Shown here: positions 40,201 through 54,000 of the stretch, piece after piece
Numbering within the stretch: the first letter of the stretch is position 1
How the letters are laid out: each line of letters starts with the position of its first letter
Source of the DNA: Perna viridis
Lineage: Eukaryota
Assembly (NCBI GenBank): GCA_037379345.1
Contig: CM074520.1
Span: forward strand, 20,439,488 to 20,503,487
DNA length: 64,000 bases
Direction: 5' to 3'
Notes under the pieces: generated by a model
Database searches by the model: none
Seen by the model: only the letters and a program-made list of their open reading frames with translations
What the model was told of the DNA's origin: nothing
Made by a program: the position numbers and the translations under genes

Positions 40201-41035
40201 TTAACATGTACATGCATCTGTAATCAGTAACAATAAGGTAAAAAATATTTATAAAAGGGCATAAATATGCTTTAGAACACGACACCACTCGTCCATAATA
40301 TAAATGGCCATAGACGACCCACGCCACAGTATGCCATCTGCTTTATGACAAAAAGCATCAAACAGCCATGATATTCTAAACATATCTACACCTACTTATG
40401 GGGGATTTATGTCCGAAGTTAATCCCTCCCATCCATCATATTTCTCAAAACATTTCAAAGTAATCCAACAGTCAAATTTCACGGGAAATTATACTCGTAT
40501 TGGATATTTTGGATTATTTACACTAAAATTTACATAAATTTAAAATAAAGGTAAATAATCGTATGCATAATTAGTTTACCCACTAAGGCGAAGTCCTGTT
40601 TATTCTATACATAGGAAGTTCATCGAGGTGAAGGCGAGGGTAACCGTAGCTACTGAAGTTCAAACATACGAAACGACTCAGATAGGCCGAGTGTGTCTCT
40701 CTTTACTTATTTGCCAATGCATAGCATACTTTAATGCCGTCGCAAAATATGAAATAAACCCAGAGTTTAAAAACAAGTCCAACTAGGTATTCTCGTTTTT
40801 CAATATAACATGATATGTAAGTAACTCCGTTCCAGGCTGTATAATTTGAATCTAAGCATATATTATATAATGGTTGGATATCGAATGAAACCACTTGGTC
40901 AGCTTAAATATTTTTAAGATACCGAAGTTGTCCAACAGTATTTTCTTTTTTGTACGCTCTCAATTAATGTTGTGTTCAGCGTGAACTATACTATAAAGAA
41001 AGACATGAAAACCATCTGTATCTCATAGTATTTTG

Positions 41036-41335
41036 GTACTGGGCACTTCCTTCGTTTAGAAGCAATATTCCATCTGAGAAAAAAATGAAGCAAATCTTTA
41101 CAGCAAAGTCCTTCTGAGCGCTTTGTCAATGCAAAATGCCAGTCGGTTGAAGGTTACAAATTGCACAGATTTTTTATTTACACATTCATTGTTAAATCAT
41201 ATTTTGTACGAATCCAAATATATTCTGCACTGTGCTTGGTTGTTATTCACCCACGCAGTCATGAAGGTTGCAGACGAATTTGATGTGAGATATCGATTTC
41301 TTCAAGCCTTCACAGACAACATCCATTGCTGCCAT
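41036..41335 (-). pseudogene. Decayed pogo/Tigger-type transposase N-terminus (HTH_psq + CENP-B HTH)
   Basis: Minus-strand fragments MAAMDVVCEG...LHDCVG, RLAFCIDKAL and KDLLHFFLRWN...RRK occur in the expected order, broken by stops and frameshifts. Confidence 0.45.
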
Positions 41336-43700
41336 TACACCTTTGGTGCGAAATTTCCCAGACGTTTTGAATGACCATACGAAGTGGCCCCAAAATAGAA
41401 CTTATTATCATCTAAATAACATATTTTTTCCCATATATCAAAGAGATATTTATCAGCAGACGACATTATTAACAGGTGTTGTTTTTATGGTCATTAGTTG
41501 TACATTAATGTCAAATGGACACCGGTCACCGAAAAGTACAATGGATTTAGGTGCCAAAAGATTACTTTTAATTATTTCATACAGTCAATTGCAAAAACCA
41601 CATGTTTACCTGTCAATATGTAAAACAAGTGTCTGTCGGAATAATAGATCTCATCCGTTAGCCTCATTGACCTGACAATTTCAACATCGACTAAGGATAG
41701 ATTAGAAGAAAGGATGCGGTCGCATTTCTTTGTTTTAGCATGTTCTTTAACGACACTGAAATTTGAATTTCTGATATTTTCAGTTTAGGGTTAGGCTATT
41801 AACTTTTGCCAGCAAGGTGAAAAATCCTATGAATAATGAATAAAATCTTATTTGTATTCTATTTTAATAGCCCTGTAATCTGATACTGGTTATTATGTTC
41901 GGACATAATGTCCATTTTGCCACCCAGGGTTTGGCCAGTTTGTGGTTTCAATGCCCCGTTCACACTCCCCTACTCAAATGCCGATTAATACCAGTTTTTA
42001 ATCAATCTTCTAAGTTACAATTTAATTGAGTATAGCCTTTAAATTAAACATTATTTTCTAATAAAAGGCTAAATCAGAGCTATTAAAATGTGTAAAGGAA
42101 TGCCAAGTAATGTGTTTCGATCCTACCATTGCTAATAAGTTTTCAAACACACATATTTCAAACAAACAATAGAAACTCTTTACACTTTATTATAGGCATG
42201 AAAAACTGTGAAGGCGCCCTGAACAAATCTGCATTAAACCCATTTACAGGACTCTTCTTGACCTATTACCAATTTGGTTCTAAAGGTTTGAATACCATAC
42301 ATAAATAGTCATTGATCTGGTTTATATTCACAACGATGTGGTATCTGGGATAAAATAGGCAATTATTTAACCTTATAAACAATATTTGACAATGTGACAT
42401 AATATAAAAAGGCATAATGAACAACATTGTGTTTTATTTTGAAAGAATACGTCCCTACACCTTTTGTTTTTACTTTTTAATGTAGCATTGTTATATTGTA
42501 ACTGTGACATCCCGTACCTTAATCCTGGTTCATTACTCAAACCATGCCTGAAAAAGCTTAAGGAGTAAAAGTTCATATTTTTGTTTTATTTTGGGAATCA
42601 TGGGTTCAACAGGTCTACTATTTAATACCTGTATGTATATACCATAATTGTTGTAATTATCAACGCATTTCGGTGAAGTTATTACTCTTAAGTGTAATTA
42701 TTCGTAATCTGTTACGGGATTTTTTGAATACATGTGGATACTGAACATATAAGCAAGGCTTTGTTACCTGCAAGAACTCATTTCATAAGTTTAATACGAC
42801 TAGATCGGCTTAAAGTTGGATTCTAAAGGGACTATAAATCAGACATATATACGCTTTTGTTTTCAAAAGTAATTCATTTTATGACATAGTCCATTGGAGT
42901 GGAAGTGACAGTATTCTGTTGCGGGCGGCGGATTGTTCCACTACGATTGTTCCGCGTCAAGAAAGTAGTACTATCAACAAATGGCCAAACGATAATAGCA
43001 TTTACTGTCCCTGTTCGTAAAATTATCAAAAGATGTGTTAATATAACTGAAGACACGTATGGTAGATACAAAACATCCATTATAGTCAATATTATTTTTC
43101 TTATTGATTTATCACCCTCTCGAGGACCTCTCCATTATTGAGCGTCTAATGATCAATCAGTCGAACAACTGAAAAACAAAAGAGAAATCTTGTCGTTTAC
43201 CTATTGTCCGCGGCTATATTAACATATCTAACATTTTAAAAATGATATGACACTTGAAAATATCTCTTTACACAAAGGTTATTCAGGACTACAAAAAAGA
43301 AATGGATTTTCTTTATAGGTTTGTACCCTTCATTACCAAGGGTCAGATTTCATATTTTCTGTTCACGCCCTCCCATTGAAACGTTTGTATCATTATTACT
43401 GCTGATCGATTTTCACTTTGATTGTAAGAAATTTTATATCATGATCTTGATATCACATACCTGAATATCATAGAGAATATTATTAATATTTTTTTACACG
43501 CGTGCCAGATTTACTGAAAAGTTTTAAAAGTTCCTGGGAATTTAATATTGAGATCAGTGACCCAATGTTAGACTAAAGGCGACTTGTACCTTTATATTTG
43601 GCAAAATTTAATCCAAATCTGCTTGCACCCAAATTTTGCACGTGTCATTATTTTTGTTTCCTGGTTTGTTCCATCAAAACCAAAACTTTGTTGACGCGTC

Positions 43701-43871
43701 TATAAATTAATTTGAGATAAATACTGTAATCTGATTGGTTAAAATAATTTTGTTATATCTTAATGGATTAAAAATATTGACACGCCCCACTTCGCGCAAT
43801 AAACAATATGCACATGGAAAATTTGTTATTTTTCAATAGACAAAATTTTTATCATAGCCAATTCTTAAATA
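43701..43871 (-). mobile_element. Internally deleted, inverted copy of the 13170-13488 element
   Basis: Reverse complement matches both ends of 13170-13488 nearly base for base, joined at ...GCGCGAAGTG|GGGCGTGTCAATATT. Confidence 0.75.
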
Positions 43872-45983
43872 ATGTTGCATAAAAAGATTAAAGATGCTGT
43901 TAAAATGCGTGAATTTATTGCATCTTTTTTTTTGTCATATTATGATGAATAGCAAGTCAGTCTGCGCTTACTCTTAATATGGACAACTTGGACATTATCA
44001 AATAAACTGGTAAATCCCATTATGGTTGGTTGTGTTGTTATATAAAGTTGGTATAGTTTAGATAAAAACGAGGAAATGCTCAATTCACTCGAATTTTTTT
44101 AACAGCATGAGGCGAGCAAACCTAATTTGCGAACATGCAGGTCAATACAAACTGTGAGTCAGAGACAATTCTTAATACCTTTGCAAAGTTTCATTGAAGT
44201 AAACAAATTAATTTTATGCAACAGTATAGACTCTTTAAACAAGGAGAATAAAGTCGTTGGTTTCAGAGTTCATTTTAACTGAGGATGTTTATACAAGTCA
44301 ATTGACAATGTAAATATCTTTGTCGAAGCAACGAATAGCTGAAGCAAGTACCTTGTCTTGTACCACGAGTATCTTAAAATCTAGGTGTGGACCTATTAGG
44401 CTAATTGCTAGTTAACAGTAAGCCGAAGGTTTCGGTAGATAAGCTGTCGAGGTCCTCGGAGTATGTACAAACTTGAGATGAGTCACATTCACGTTTCCCC
44501 TGTGGTAGGCATACTTAAGCAGTTCAGGTGTTTAAAAAAACTTCATTTTAATGTACAATTCGGACTATAAAATATTTTAATATTAGAGTGCTTTATTGGC
44601 CAGTAAATAAGCGTGAACGATTCATAATGGAGCTTGTTACTTAACGATATTTCTAAATAAATGTGGAGTTTTCTGCTACTCTTACCCAACCATCCTTTTA
44701 TTAATTCACTATTTAACATACCATGCATGTCATTTCCCATTGTCCAGAGGCATTCGGAGATGTTTTTCACCTTACTAGGGTAAAGCATTAAACGGATGAT
44801 CTCTCAACCATCATAGATTAAAAATACGTTCGACCCTATTTTACGTCTTATCGGGTCATCATTATAAACTATCCCTCGATTGGGGCATTGTATCAATTTT
44901 CACAAAGACATTAAATTGAGTTAGTTTGACGGTGTTTTAAGTGTTAACCGATAAAATGAATGACAAGCGATTTTCATTATGCTGTTGAAAATAAACTGGA
45001 CTCTAGGGATTTTAAAGATTTGATCGCTTATATGGACATGAGTGATGGCAAGTTTAATTGGAAAACGTGGACAAACTTCTCAATATGATTGCTTTTTGTT
45101 TATGAGAAGACTTTTGCCCTCTTAAGGAGAGGGTTGTGTACGTGTATGAGCCAGTGATTATTTCGTAAATATGAAAGATTTAGGCTGATAAAGACTTGTT
45201 GAGTGAAACAAAAGTATCAAGTATAGAAATTCAGATATTTATAGTTCACCGTGCAGAGACTTAAAAAAAAGCCTTTGACCCATGTTGCTGGTGTAATAAG
45301 ATCAATATTTCCATGGTGATACGGATTCACAAATAATGAATTAATGAATTTAGAAGTTATCCCTTTGTTATGTATCTAATTGGCGCATAACCAAAGACAT
45401 CACAATCCGTAGTTCTTAATGTGAAAACTAAATCACCCAATGTATGTATAACTTACAGCTCTCGGGTACAATGTACGATTCTGGAATACCGGAATTTTTA
45501 TGTATATTTACCATATTAGTATTTGGTTTAATTCCATGCTAAATGACCTCAAAAAATTTAATAAAAATTGTATGCTGTGTTGGTCAAATTTCTAATTTAC
45601 GTAAACTACCAATAGTGTCAAGTTGAGTTAATTAAATAAATGAAAATACAGACCTCGGTTCGAGCTTTTTCACTGTTTAGTAAGTTTGTTATAGTTAGTT
45701 TGTTTAATGTCCACAAGCAGTTAGCAAACATTTCGTATCGTCAAAATACAAACAAAGTACAACAGATTTTAATTGTAATGTCAACATTTGTTTTTTTCTG
45801 TATGTCAATTGAATTTCTTGAATAAACACAGCTTATAACATCAGTGTCCTTAGTAGCGGGCGTAAATTGGAATGTCCCATGTACTGAACTCCAAGTCTGA
45901 CCAACACATTCATCTGATGTTTTAAAGCTGAGTACAACTGACAGTTTATTGTTTGATAAATCCGTGCGACCTAAGGGTGAATT

Positions 45984-46214
45984 GATGGCGGGTGTTTCTA
46001 GAAAAGCAGAGGACGCTTACCCTACCGGTGCACCTGGGCCATTCTCCCAGTTTTTAGTGGAGTCTGAGTTGCTCAATTGCTTTTGTTACTTTGTATGTAT
46101 GATTTTAGTTACTTGATGTTATTTGTTGTGTATGTCGGTTTTCCATGTCTGGTCTTTGTCCCTGGATTACATTTCTTTGATTACCGCTATAACCTTGGTT
46201 CCCTTGGTTACTCT
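45984..46214 (+). mobile_element. Copy of the Penelope-like 3' repeat
   Basis: Co-linear with 31245-31453 (TTTCTAGAAAAGCAGAGGA.GCTTACCCTACCGGTGCACCTGG ... CTTGGTTCCCTTGGTTACTCT). Confidence 0.8.
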
Positions 46215-47973
46215 TTGATATACGCATATTTCAGCAGTTGCAGTGCCACATATATTGCATATAAGCAACATTATAATTAAGATGCAAAGTTCGGTATGAT
46301 TCTCTGGATGCACCAGATTCTCTGTTTGATAGAAAAGAAAGAATCTTGGTTGCTATCTTCGTTAAAGCATTCCTAAGGGTCAAATACTAATATGCAATAA
46401 GAAAGCAATGAATCATATTCTGTGCACTTTCCTATCTCATAAAATTTATTGTGTTTATTTGGACTTTTTATTCTTTCTTAGGACAGGTAAAAGTCCCACT
46501 TTCTAATAAACTCGTAAAGAAAAACACAAGATACTAAATATCGTTAGTGATAAATTTATCATTGTTTAACAAAAAGTATTGCAATATACGTATCCACATT
46601 CTCAATATGTCAGGCTAAATTTACTTATATCTTGTCAAGAATTCAAACCAGTATACAAATGGTAGAATTTATGAATTGATAAACATTGGAAAGAGTCCCT
46701 AAATGACAAGAGATAATGCTTAATGCACCTTAATTCAACACCTTAACGTCGTAAATATGGACCGAACGTGATACAACGGATTTGACGTAATTAGTTTTTA
46801 ACGCCATTGTATATATTTTAGTCCAATTTAATGAGGATAAAAACCGCTTACACATCCAGCTACTCCAAACGGAGATAGTTACGATCATTGCTTACATTAT
46901 TTGATGATAGTTCGTGTTGTATAGTGAAATAAATACGGCGTGAGTGTAAAAGGACACTGCCATGTTAAGAGGGTGCTATTAGAACAAATTTTTGGAGTAG
47001 GCATCAAGTTCGCTAGCAAATTGGGAATGATAATGCAAACATTTGCTTTTTTTTAAATACGAATCTTATCTCCTTAATAAGGTATATCACTATATTCGTT
47101 ATTGGCAGGACACGTGGTTATTTAATAAAGTCTCGTATTTTTTTTAAAATTTTACAAAAATTACAACTATAGAACAGAAATGGTGACTTTTATGAATCAT
47201 AACATTAGAACGACATTGAAATCACCTACTACTAAATTATTGATTTAGCGGTTTGTTTATGATATTTTTACAGGGAAACCAAAACATGGCTTTTTGATTC
47301 ATGACAAGTGTACACAATTTCAATACACACCTTTAAAATTTTCAAATTTCATGGTTTCGGTCAATTTCACTCCACGGCCTTGGGCACATTGAACAGGAAA
47401 AGGTCAAACAATCGAAATTCAATGATCATTAACTTTTGATGTTCCGGATGACAGTTGAACATGATTTTGACACCCGATAAGGGTTATTTACTAGAACAAA
47501 TAAAGATATGGAAAACAAACAAATATAATGCTTTTAGAGTATTACAATAAGTTCATATAACTTGTATAATAGAGTCTGGAATGGAAAATTAACCCGTCAT
47601 CTGGTGTTGTCTTGACCAAGGGTTGAACCTAAAAATGACGGAAATTAAAGACAAAATTATTTAGTGTTACTAGGTACAAAATGGTCACCTATTTATGAAT
47701 TCTATTTTTCTTCATTCCACCATTGTTATTTTTGGTGTGTTTGAAAAACATCATTACCCTTCACAAAAATTCGTATTATATAAGTTCGGCTCTTGGGGAA
47801 ATACACAGATTTTGCTTTCTTAATTTCTTGCACTGACATCATCCCTTTAGAGATACATATTTTATTTAGTAGTACATGTATACCATTAGCATTATTGTTG
47901 AAGTCAATTATTTTTATAGTTTAATGACTTGTTGCATTTTGTTGCATTCAAAGTATGACTTCTTCTTTTTCAG

Positions 47974-48089
47974 CTCTGAACACAGATAACGAAGCTACAA
48001 AGAAACAGGTATTTGAGTTGCTCTCAGCTTTGTGTGTATACTCCAAAGATGGCACACATTATGCATTGGAAACACTGGCACATCTTCAG
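47974..48089 (+). CDS. INF2: INF2-like formin, second coding exon (116 nt)
   Basis: tcttctttttcag|...cag|gtacgt, phase 1 in and phase 0 out. Encodes [39 protein letters not shown], matching INF2 [28 protein letters not shown]. Confidence 0.95.
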
Positions 48090-51000
48090 GTACGTTTATA
48101 TGTTGACGGAAAATTCTACGTTCCATTTCAGCCTTGTCTATTTTTACGAAACCACCTTTGCAAACCAAACCAACGTCTGTCGTGGATGCGGCTAGTTCAG
48201 TTCTTAAAATAATAACGTGAACGTACATTTGCTGTTTACGCTTTCAATTGGGATTTACAAACCGGTTGCTAGTCGCAACGGATCCTTTTAACTGAAAAAA
48301 AACCATTTTTTCTCAATATTGTCACTACGACGAAAAGGGTGCAGTACCCATTTATAATATTAATACCCTAATTCTTGTTCTCTTGACTCGATAACTTTGA
48401 CCTCTATTGTACATAAATCAGTTTTTGACCTTTGTAATTGATCTGAACAACTGCCCAGTAATTTACTATCATGCTTTGTAAAACTTGATTATAGGGACGA
48501 CTATTGAAATCACCTATTATGTCTAGTAATGCAAGCCTAGCTTGACGGTCAAAGATACTTGTTAATGTGGTTAAATAGTATAATTATGGTTCTTCAACTT
48601 GTTTTTCACATCTCCGTGTTTGACTTGAAACTACCATGTCTTTACGTTAAGCCCTACGATCACATCTGCCAATTTAGTAGGAAATAGCAAGTCATCTTCA
48701 ACAAGAAAAAATGAACGTTTTGATTGCAACCTTTTGTATACGTTTATATTACATTGGTTATTATGTTGCCTTTGACTTGACTTTATTTGAATCAAATTTA
48801 TCTCCACCATTGAAAATCGGTGGAATATATCATGATAGTGCAATTTCTAAAAATTCGGTGACCGTTTCGCTAAGGCCACATCTGTTCTTGATTTCAATTA
48901 AAACTAATAAGCCTACTCCCATAAAACACATCTAGCTTTTTTTTTCAAAAAATCGTGGCGGCAAAATGCTCCTATAGAAAACCGACGAACCGTTCTTATC
49001 GATGTCCCAGATACAACATTTGTAAAGTAATTCTACCGCACTTCCTTTTAAATTTTGTTATCTGCAGAACAAAACCCATGATACAAAGAAAAATTAAGAA
49101 GGTGTCATAAGAATAATGTAATAGTAGGGCTCTATTTAGGGGGGTTTAAGTCGTCGTGCCGTGCGATCCTCATCTGGTATAGCAGAGATATGTTGAAGGA
49201 GTTAAATGAACAACAACACAATTGAAATGTTTGTTCTTACGTGTATTCAGTTCGTCTCAAACAAATTATACTCTAATCAATTAATAAACAGGATAAGTTC
49301 ATAGGTAATCATAAAACCGGAACAGCTTTTAAAAGCTCTATACCTAATCAACGGAGTCCACCCCGTAACACCCTGTATTATGTCATGTTCACTTTTTATA
49401 GAAAATGATCTTAAGGGTTTATGCGATAGGCATCGACTGTGTCTGTTGGGTCCATGTTAAAGAATATTAAAGATTTAACACCTTATAACCCGAATAATGC
49501 AGGGATAAACCTTAACTGTCACACTTCTTGGGATAATCCTCTCACTAAGTGCGTGTTTTCCTTAAGGTGAAGATTTTTTGTATCAATGAGTATTATGAAA
49601 AGGCGTTGTATAAGCTCCGCGTGTATAAATTGTCCTTGTTTTCGTTTTGAAAGTCTTATTAAGCCTGATAGAATACCGATTTTACAACCAATTGCGCCCT
49701 GTGGGAAAATTATAGGCATAAAGTCTTTCCGAAATACAGAAGTACAAAAATGTGATATTAGCTACGAAAAATGTTCATTGTTCTTTTGATTTGCACTTGA
49801 TGCTTTGTTTGGTAATATAAAATGCAATGTATAACGCTGTCTTGTTAGAGCATGTCATGTGCATAAAATTCAGAAAGCAGATCTTTATACGTTAAGAATT
49901 GTGCTTTGTTGACATAGATGAAATGTATGGACATTATCTATGGTCTAATATAGATGCCAACGGATTATCTCTGAATGGATGCTTCGTTGTAACTTTTCCT
50001 CCGATGAGGGCGTTGCTAAACATTAGATTAAAGAACATAGTTGCTGATTGTGTAAAACACGACCTCAGTCGGGACCGCGATCATTATTTTAATCCACCTA
50101 ACGGGAAGTGCTTCATAATACTGTCATTGACAAGAAAGGGCTTTTATCCCGACCTTTAATTTACGGTAATTTGTATCTGCTTCTCTCCGTGGTTACTGTA
50201 CAAGACTCGAGAGATTAGCAATAGATAACTGATCATAAACAGAAGAGCTTTTTAAATATTACCAAGCAAAGCCCATAACTTTCTTCTTAATTTTGCGGAA
50301 GATAAATCGACCAGTTAGTCAAGATTTTTATTAAGTCGGACTTAATCTTTTCTCCAGTATTTGTTGTATTTCATAGGGTCACGAGACGAGGGACATTGTC
50401 TGCCTTTTTATTGTAATCCCACGATTTTATAGCCACAATGTCAGACGGATTGACATCCAAAATTTGCAAAGCTTTCATTTTATACTCAAAAGGGGGAGAA
50501 ACTATACATTGTAGTAATATGTTATTTTTTGCAGCTTTCAAATCAACATGTCAGATGGTCTTTATACGAATATTAAACTTCGCTAATTGCCATTATAATA
50601 TGAAAAGTTAGAACTTCAAAACATCGGACGTTCAACTGTAAATATTGAAGCTAATTTCAGCTTATCACAGATGAAACCACACCTTCCTATTTGGGTTCCT
50701 TCATCTGTAATTGGAAATCAAGAGTTAATTAAATTATGTTTCATTTAAATCTTCCATAAAAAGACACTAATCCAAAGATAAAAACAGAAAATGTTTCATA
50801 TATTTGCTTATAAATATTTCGTAGTAACTTAGATATGACGGCACTAATTTTGACGTTTTCTTTGTTGTCATCTTAACGTCCAAACAAACTGTAAACTCAA
50901 GGACCACTCTTAAAGACGGGTTGAAACTACTTAATATAGGTGTGACTAGACACTTTTTGCATGTCTCCATTCAAGGGAATTGTTATGAATAGTAAGAATT

Positions 51001-54000
51001 TAATTTTTTTTATGAAACTTAAGATTTTAGGCACGTATTATGTATACCCGTACGAGATGCCGGGTTTTGATGAGTTCTTGAATTTTGCTAAGCATGTATA
51101 TTAAAATAAGTCTAGAAGTAAACACTGCTGAACTACAAATAACTCGTACTTGTATATTTTATAAATCTGCTAAAGGTCAAACTTAATTCGAATGATTCAT
51201 TTATTTCCTAGTTAGGTGTACTAAACATAACCCTAAAATAAATTACTATAGTATTCATATTAATCATTGCGTTTTCTAATCAATGACATCTATTTTATTT
51301 GGAAATCGTCTCTTACCATGTGCTTTTAGATTACCAAAATAAGTTGTTCTTATCAAAAGTGATAATTTGCTATTTAAAACCACATACATGCACATGTACT
51401 TTGTTATCAAACGTTGAAGAGTAAGATAAGTACGCTCTCCACTCTTCATCTCCGTCTCATCATAGAATCACTGTCCTTGATACTTTGCAATTTATGCTGT
51501 TGTTACATTTGTCCATAAAGATTTAGAGAAACCACAAAAAGGACGTGAAAACGACAAAGTGCACTGGTGGACTATTGAACATATGCACCAGTGTATTATT
51601 GTATATATGCACTTCGGAAACACTGTTCTGAAAAGTGCTTTTAAGGTACAAATTTTTATTTTTAAGAAACAGGAAATGACAAATTACGAATAAAATTGTC
51701 TTGATATCATTAGATTTGCATAATTTGTCATATTTATAACCCATATTGCACAAAAGTACAACTGTCTAGGTGTTTCACCAAGTTTATCGAGGAGGACCAT
51801 GACAACATGCATGAATCCTGTTCAGAACGACGCACCGTACAATTTATCAACAAAAGTAACGCCTTATGAAGAATTAAAGACGACTATACTGTGTACAATT
51901 TCAAAATCTGTATCAACTTGAATTGAATACACTATATGTCAAATCTTATTTTTCCTTCTTTATATGTATATATCGTCATATTTCAAGTTTTTGTTCGCAT
52001 ACGACCTAAATATGTGAATTAGTATATCATTTTTGATTCTGGTGAAATTTGATTTGGCAGTTTGTTTAATATGATGATAGAGGGGCACCCGGGGTAGACG
52101 ATAAAATTTCATCAAACCATATTGTCTTATAACTACAGTTATTTCATCAACTTCTCATACAAGAGACTATTAAGTATAAATTAAGTGGCAATTACTCAAG
52201 TTCTGATACGATATCATCCTTTAAACCATGAAAGGTTTTTTTGTATAGCATTATATTTGACCGACCTCCTGGTGAGCTTGTCTTTATTACTAAGACTAGA
52301 TAGCAAGACTTTAACTTGATCAAAATTTGAATCTTGCCCGAGGTTGCACGCAATATGAAAAGATATATTTTTGTTCGAAAAAATACTGATTTGGGTCATG
52401 TCAGTAATAGGGTCATCCTTTCAACGCTTCCAACTTCCATGTACCACGTGACAAGTTCTGCGATTTCAGAACGAGGCAAGCTAATATTTCTTTAGAAACT
52501 CACAAAGAAAACTTCCTTCTTTAAATTGATATCTTTACTCCACCCTCTATTCAAACACTTAAAAAAGATTTAAAATATCACAATTTTAGGCAAAAATGTT
52601 TGTTTTTCCTTGTTAAAGTTCTGTTACCTGGTTTGAACTCGTTTTGTAACATTTTTCGATAAAAAAAAGTTGATTTCACACTGTTTTACTATCAAATACA
52701 TGGTTGTTTTATATTTTTCCTTTCAGCCACAAAAGAAGTAAATATCTTGTATACGCCATAGTTATTTAAAGATATGTTCAGAATCAGCAATGTAAATAGT
52801 CCTCTAAAGGCTCATTGTCCATCTATTTAGTTAGATTATTAGAAGGATTTGTATTGCTTCTTACACAAAACTTTTTTTTACCATTCAGTTTTGTGAGTCA
52901 GCAATTCTGAAGTTCTAGAAATAAAATGTTTCAAAGTATGCTGTTCATATGAGGAACTAAGCAGCTAAAATTACAGACTTAAAATTTTAGTCACAGTCCA
53001 TCCCTGCACTTAACGGTTCGTTTCCGTCTCATCATTTCCGTACAAATATGCTATATTCGGTACACGGAATGTTACGGTTTTTGGAATCTTCAGCCGGAAT
53101 ATTTAATTAACAACTAATTATGGCAAAAACATGGTTCTGTTAAACGTTCTCTAAACTATAGGAAAAGATAATGACCGTCTAAAACACTTTTAAGCCTAAA
53201 AAATAAGTTCCGTCTTTATATTTCTCTTTTTATTCAAGAAAGTGGTAAACTTATTTCATTTCGTCTGACCTGGGGGTCTTTCTGACATACATTTTTATTT
53301 CATATTTGCTTGATAAATAGTCCGTAATTCTAATGGAACATTGCCATGTATCACTTAACAAAATTCTTCAACAAGTTTATTTATATTTCAATTATTATAG
53401 ATAGGTTAATGGTTGTAGAATCTCATTTGTACAAATTTCTCACGTTAGTGTTATTTGTAGATCATTTTTATCCTCTGGAGACGTTGGTCTCGCACCAAGG
53501 CATTATCGCCCCACACGGAGGACTTAGGATGGTGTTTCTGACCATAATATTAGTCATACATGGTTTTGCGTGTGGATATTTATGAGATTGGTTACTTCAG
53601 AATTTTAAAATCTTGAGAATAAGCAAGCGAAAAGTTATTTTTGTTTGATTCGTGTATATAGTTGTATGAAAAGAGTTAAACAAGAGCTATGTTTCAAACA
53701 CTACAGAACATCCTTTAGCTGACGAAGAAAATTCTACTGCTAGAGTGACTGGAAGACTCCTTAACTTTAAAATTCTTGCGAATATACATTTTGAATATTA
53801 TTTAAAAATGAAAATGCATTGCGAACTGTGAGCACGAGTTTAATTATTTCATGGGGATTCGAACGTGAGAACCGCAGAATCCATATAATTACTCGAAATA
53901 GGTCATGTTTGTTTTGCTAATGCCCAGATATACGCCATCTTATAAAGTTAACCACCCTGGACTAATATTTTATTTCCTCTCGCTTTATCCAATGTAATCC

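Noticed and set aside
52249-52271. 23-nt poison-exon candidate (tag|...ctg|gtgagc) in the INF2 intron
   Set aside because: Such sites are expected by chance in 10-kb introns and there is no additional support.
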